Of a stretch of DNA of 64,000 nucleotides, positions 60,937 through 64,000 are shown one piece after another. A program made the position numbers and the translations under genes. The DNA comes from Macrostomum hystrix. Lineage: Eukaryota; Animalia; Platyhelminthes. Where the stretch lies: assembly GCA_950097015.1 (NCBI GenBank), contig CATNEN010000001.1:1054001-1118000 (forward strand), written 5' to 3'. How positions within the stretch are numbered: position 1 is the first letter of the stretch; every line of letters begins with the position of its first letter. Below the pieces are notes generated by a model. It ran no database searches. It saw nothing but the letters and a program-made list of their open reading frames with translations, and was not told where the DNA came from.

Positions 60937-61938
60937 CTGGACCCAACCGAAAGCCGGCAGGGAGGTGCTAACAGCGGACAGATGATTAAATTGTTTACTA
61001 GTCCGACTAGCCTCGCGAAATTCCACAGCCTGATTAATGGCCTGGCCAAGCTTCTGAAACGTTGGCATACTCTGGAGACCGCCAGAAGCGGGCTTCGGCT
61101 CGTTCAACAGTCTTCGCATGAGCTGGAAGGCAGCATTGGCTAAGTCGACCATTTTTTTAACATCAGCCGAATCGGCAGCATCCAAAGCGGCCGTGGCAGC
61201 AGAGAATGCGGCCATTTTATCAGCAACCGAATTAAAAGCGTTGTCAACAGCGGAGGAGCCAGTTCTAGAGCCTGGAGCGATGTTGGCATCGCCTGACGAA
61301 GATGAAGAAAACTTGATCCTGGCTGTTAGAGCTTCCAATCGGTGCAACACGCTCTCCATAGTGGCTTCGGCTGCTAAGCCGACAGTCGACGAATTAAAGA
61401 TGCCAGATCCGCCGCCCCAGACTAGTCCAGTTAGATGATGCTCTTTGATGTAGCCAATCAGAGCGGTCATCAAGCTAGTCCAGGCGTTGGCCCATTGTGC
61501 GCTAACCTCGCCGCCAGCTTTGCCCTCTTTGGCGTCTTTCAATACGCGATTAGAATAGAACACGCCGGCGTCTCGCATGCTTTCAACGAATGGCGCCGGC
61601 TTCTCTGGTTGAGCAACCCAGCCTAGGGCGCCAATAGACTCTGCAACAGTGCTCAGATGGTTGAACTGCGCGCTGGCTCGTTTAGAACTACGAAATTCAT
61701 CGACGCGTTGTAGACGACGACTGAGCGGTTCTAGGATGCGTTGAAGATCAGCATCAGATGGACGAGATGGCCTAGACGAAGCTTCAACTAGCACAGCTCT
61801 CAGGCTGGAAAATGCATCTAGAACAGCCGGTGATAGTTCAGCTACATCGCTGCCAAGTTGACGCGACAAGTTGTCAAATTCGGCAAGGCGAGCACCAATG
61901 CTGGAATCGTAGGCTATGACAGAGGCTCCAACAGCACC

Positions 61939-61970
<32 letters not shown>

Positions 61971-62043
61971 CAGAGACACCAAGTACAGTTTCCAAGTTGC
62001 CTACTAGGCTAGTGAGCTGCTTTAGATCATCGCGACCTGTCAT
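60937..62043 (-). CDS. CAP: CAP coding exon 1: two successive N-terminal modules (RLE-like coil + HFD1, RLE coil + start of HFD2)
   Basis: FNHLSTVAESIGALGWV...FYSNRVLK...YIKEHHLTGLVW, then MESVLHRLE...FNHLSAVSTSLPAFGWVQ. Donor CAG|GTAGGT at 60937/60936. The spliced protein is about 707 aa. Confidence 0.93.
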
Positions 62044-64000
62044 TTCTTTGTTGTTTATCAGATATTCAGGTAGAATAACTCACTATAACCTGAAGAATAG
62101 GGGTAATTTTATTTGAATACAATAACAAATAGTACTAATACTATTGTTCCTTAGCCAAAAAGTATATATTGAAACTACTGCTAAAACAAAAACATTAAGC
62201 TGTTGAAAAATAGAGTATACCTATAAAATACAACATATGCCATGTAAGATATTGTGCAGTCAGTAAAATTTCAAGTAGCTAGCTAATAAAAAGCTATGTA
62301 CTCACAACTCACAACTAATAAAATTCTTATTTAAAGTTACCAAAGGCTAAATGGTCTTTCCAAATTTGTCATGAAAACTTAGTTTTTTATTTATGGCTGT
62401 AAGGTTTTTAAAGTGGGATAGATAAAGACATAGATATAGACAGAGATGGATAAAAACACAAATAGCAAACTATAGAATTAATATAGATAAAGTACTAAAA
62501 TAGTCAATAGTACTACAATAGTAAAATAGCATATTTATGATCTATATCATTTCTGAAGTCCATTGTTTTAGCTACTATTAAAATGCAAAGTTATTACCAA
62601 TTTTAAGCTTGGTTCACCAAACTTGGCAGTTAACTAAAAAAGCTAGCTCCAGTTCTTCAATATAGAATTAAAACTTATATATACATATGTGGATTTGAAC
62701 ATTGCCACTAAGTCTAAGTTATTTTATGAACACTAATAATGATAATGTGCAACTAATAAAACATTAAAAAATGCTAAGTTTTTACTTTATGTTTGGACTT
62801 TGTGTTTGTAATTGACTTCTATGAAGTAAGTAATAAACTATTGTCTAAAATAGCCTAATGACTAGCTATCTAAAATAAAAATACTCATTTTTATGTTTAA
62901 AATAAAATGTAGGCCTATCATGTTTTTATTATAAACCAGCGATTAAAATAACCACTTTACAAATAGTGCTTATATAGATAGCTAATGACTGCACATGTTT
63001 GCTAATGACTGCTATTTAGAACTAGGCCCTACTTATATTTTTAACTAAGACAATGTCAATATGACAAAACTTTGAGCAAAAAACAAATTAGTCCAACTAG
63101 TATTCCACAGTATTGACTTACTTATCGCAGGCAGGATACTAGGCTAATATCCCGCCCGCCGCCGAAATAATATTTTTATTTTTATTTAAATTTTCCTAAC
63201 CCCCATAATTTTCCTGTCTTGTCTGACTCACTGACTAGATGACTCATATCATAGTCGAAATCAACGTCAAAGAAAAAGTGCATGAGAATGTAATTTTGAA
63301 AAGAAAGCGGAAACAAATAAACTAGAATAACAAACTCGTGCATTTTTATGTGTCGCTTCTCGATTAGGAAGAGAACTAAGCGTAAAAACTATATTTTATG
63401 TTTTAATAATGCTTTCATTTTGTCATTTTGGGTTTTGTTGTAACCCAAAGCAGAAGTCATCAATAGTCATTTGTGCACTGCAGTTCTATAAATATGGTAG
63501 CTATGATATTTGGGTTTCTGCAGGATGAGTTTTGGATTTTAAGGACCCGACTATTTATGAGCTTACTTACCGTGACCCAGATTATTTACTAAATTTGTAC
63601 GTGAGCGTGAAAACTGTTGTAGCAGAGCTTTTAATAAAGCTGAAGTGTATCTGCATTTACACATGCTAACTATGGATACCTTTGAATTAAACTTACCTTT
63701 ATTTAAACACATGAATTGGGGCCTCAGAGCAGAAAGCGTATTGGTATCTAATTGGCTCTAATGCTCTAGTAGGTTCCGGTCTGCAGACAGTTTTACACTG
63801 CCACTAAACACTATACAGAATACTAATTACCTTCTCGCCTTCTTATTATGAATTCACAGCTGGAGGCAGTTTTCAAGAAACAAAAGAATGTCTGTTATGC
63901 ACAAGAATATACTTTGACAATGTCGGTACACTCGAGTGTGTATGTATTTACTAGCCAATGAGATTTGTTCCCTGCACTTATACTGTATTGGCTATAGCTA

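Overview
This is eukaryotic (metazoan) genomic DNA; the gene style and very high minisatellite load resemble a free-living flatworm such as Macrostomum (inference, not shown by the sequence). (1) Bases 1-7.8 kb are a pile-up of DNA-transposon relics: the 5' end of a Helitron-like element, two related IS630/Tc1-mariner transposases with a short DD30E spacing (one has an intact ORF and long TIRs), a mariner-like right end, a decayed PIF/Harbinger transposase, a broken tyrosine-recombinase-like gene, and a complete but dead Merlin element with 66-bp TIRs and an 8-bp TSD. (2) A DEG/ENaC channel gene on the + strand (19316-32293) has its TM2 split by a 10.8-kb intron. (3) Three co-oriented minus-strand genes follow: CAP (cyclase-associated protein), DGCR6 and WDR60/DYNC2I1. 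Each has a splice acceptor just upstream of its ATG, and DGCR6 and WDR60 are only 338 bp apart, suggesting a trans-spliced operon. The CAP has a tandemly duplicated N-terminal oligomerisation + helical-folded domain. (4) About 26 kb (roughly 40% of the window) is about 27 mostly unrelated minisatellite arrays. Every coding intron contains at least one, most units contain GGAT/ATCC, and several distant arrays share longer cores. Two tRNA-headed SINE families and a LINE C-terminal fragment are also present.
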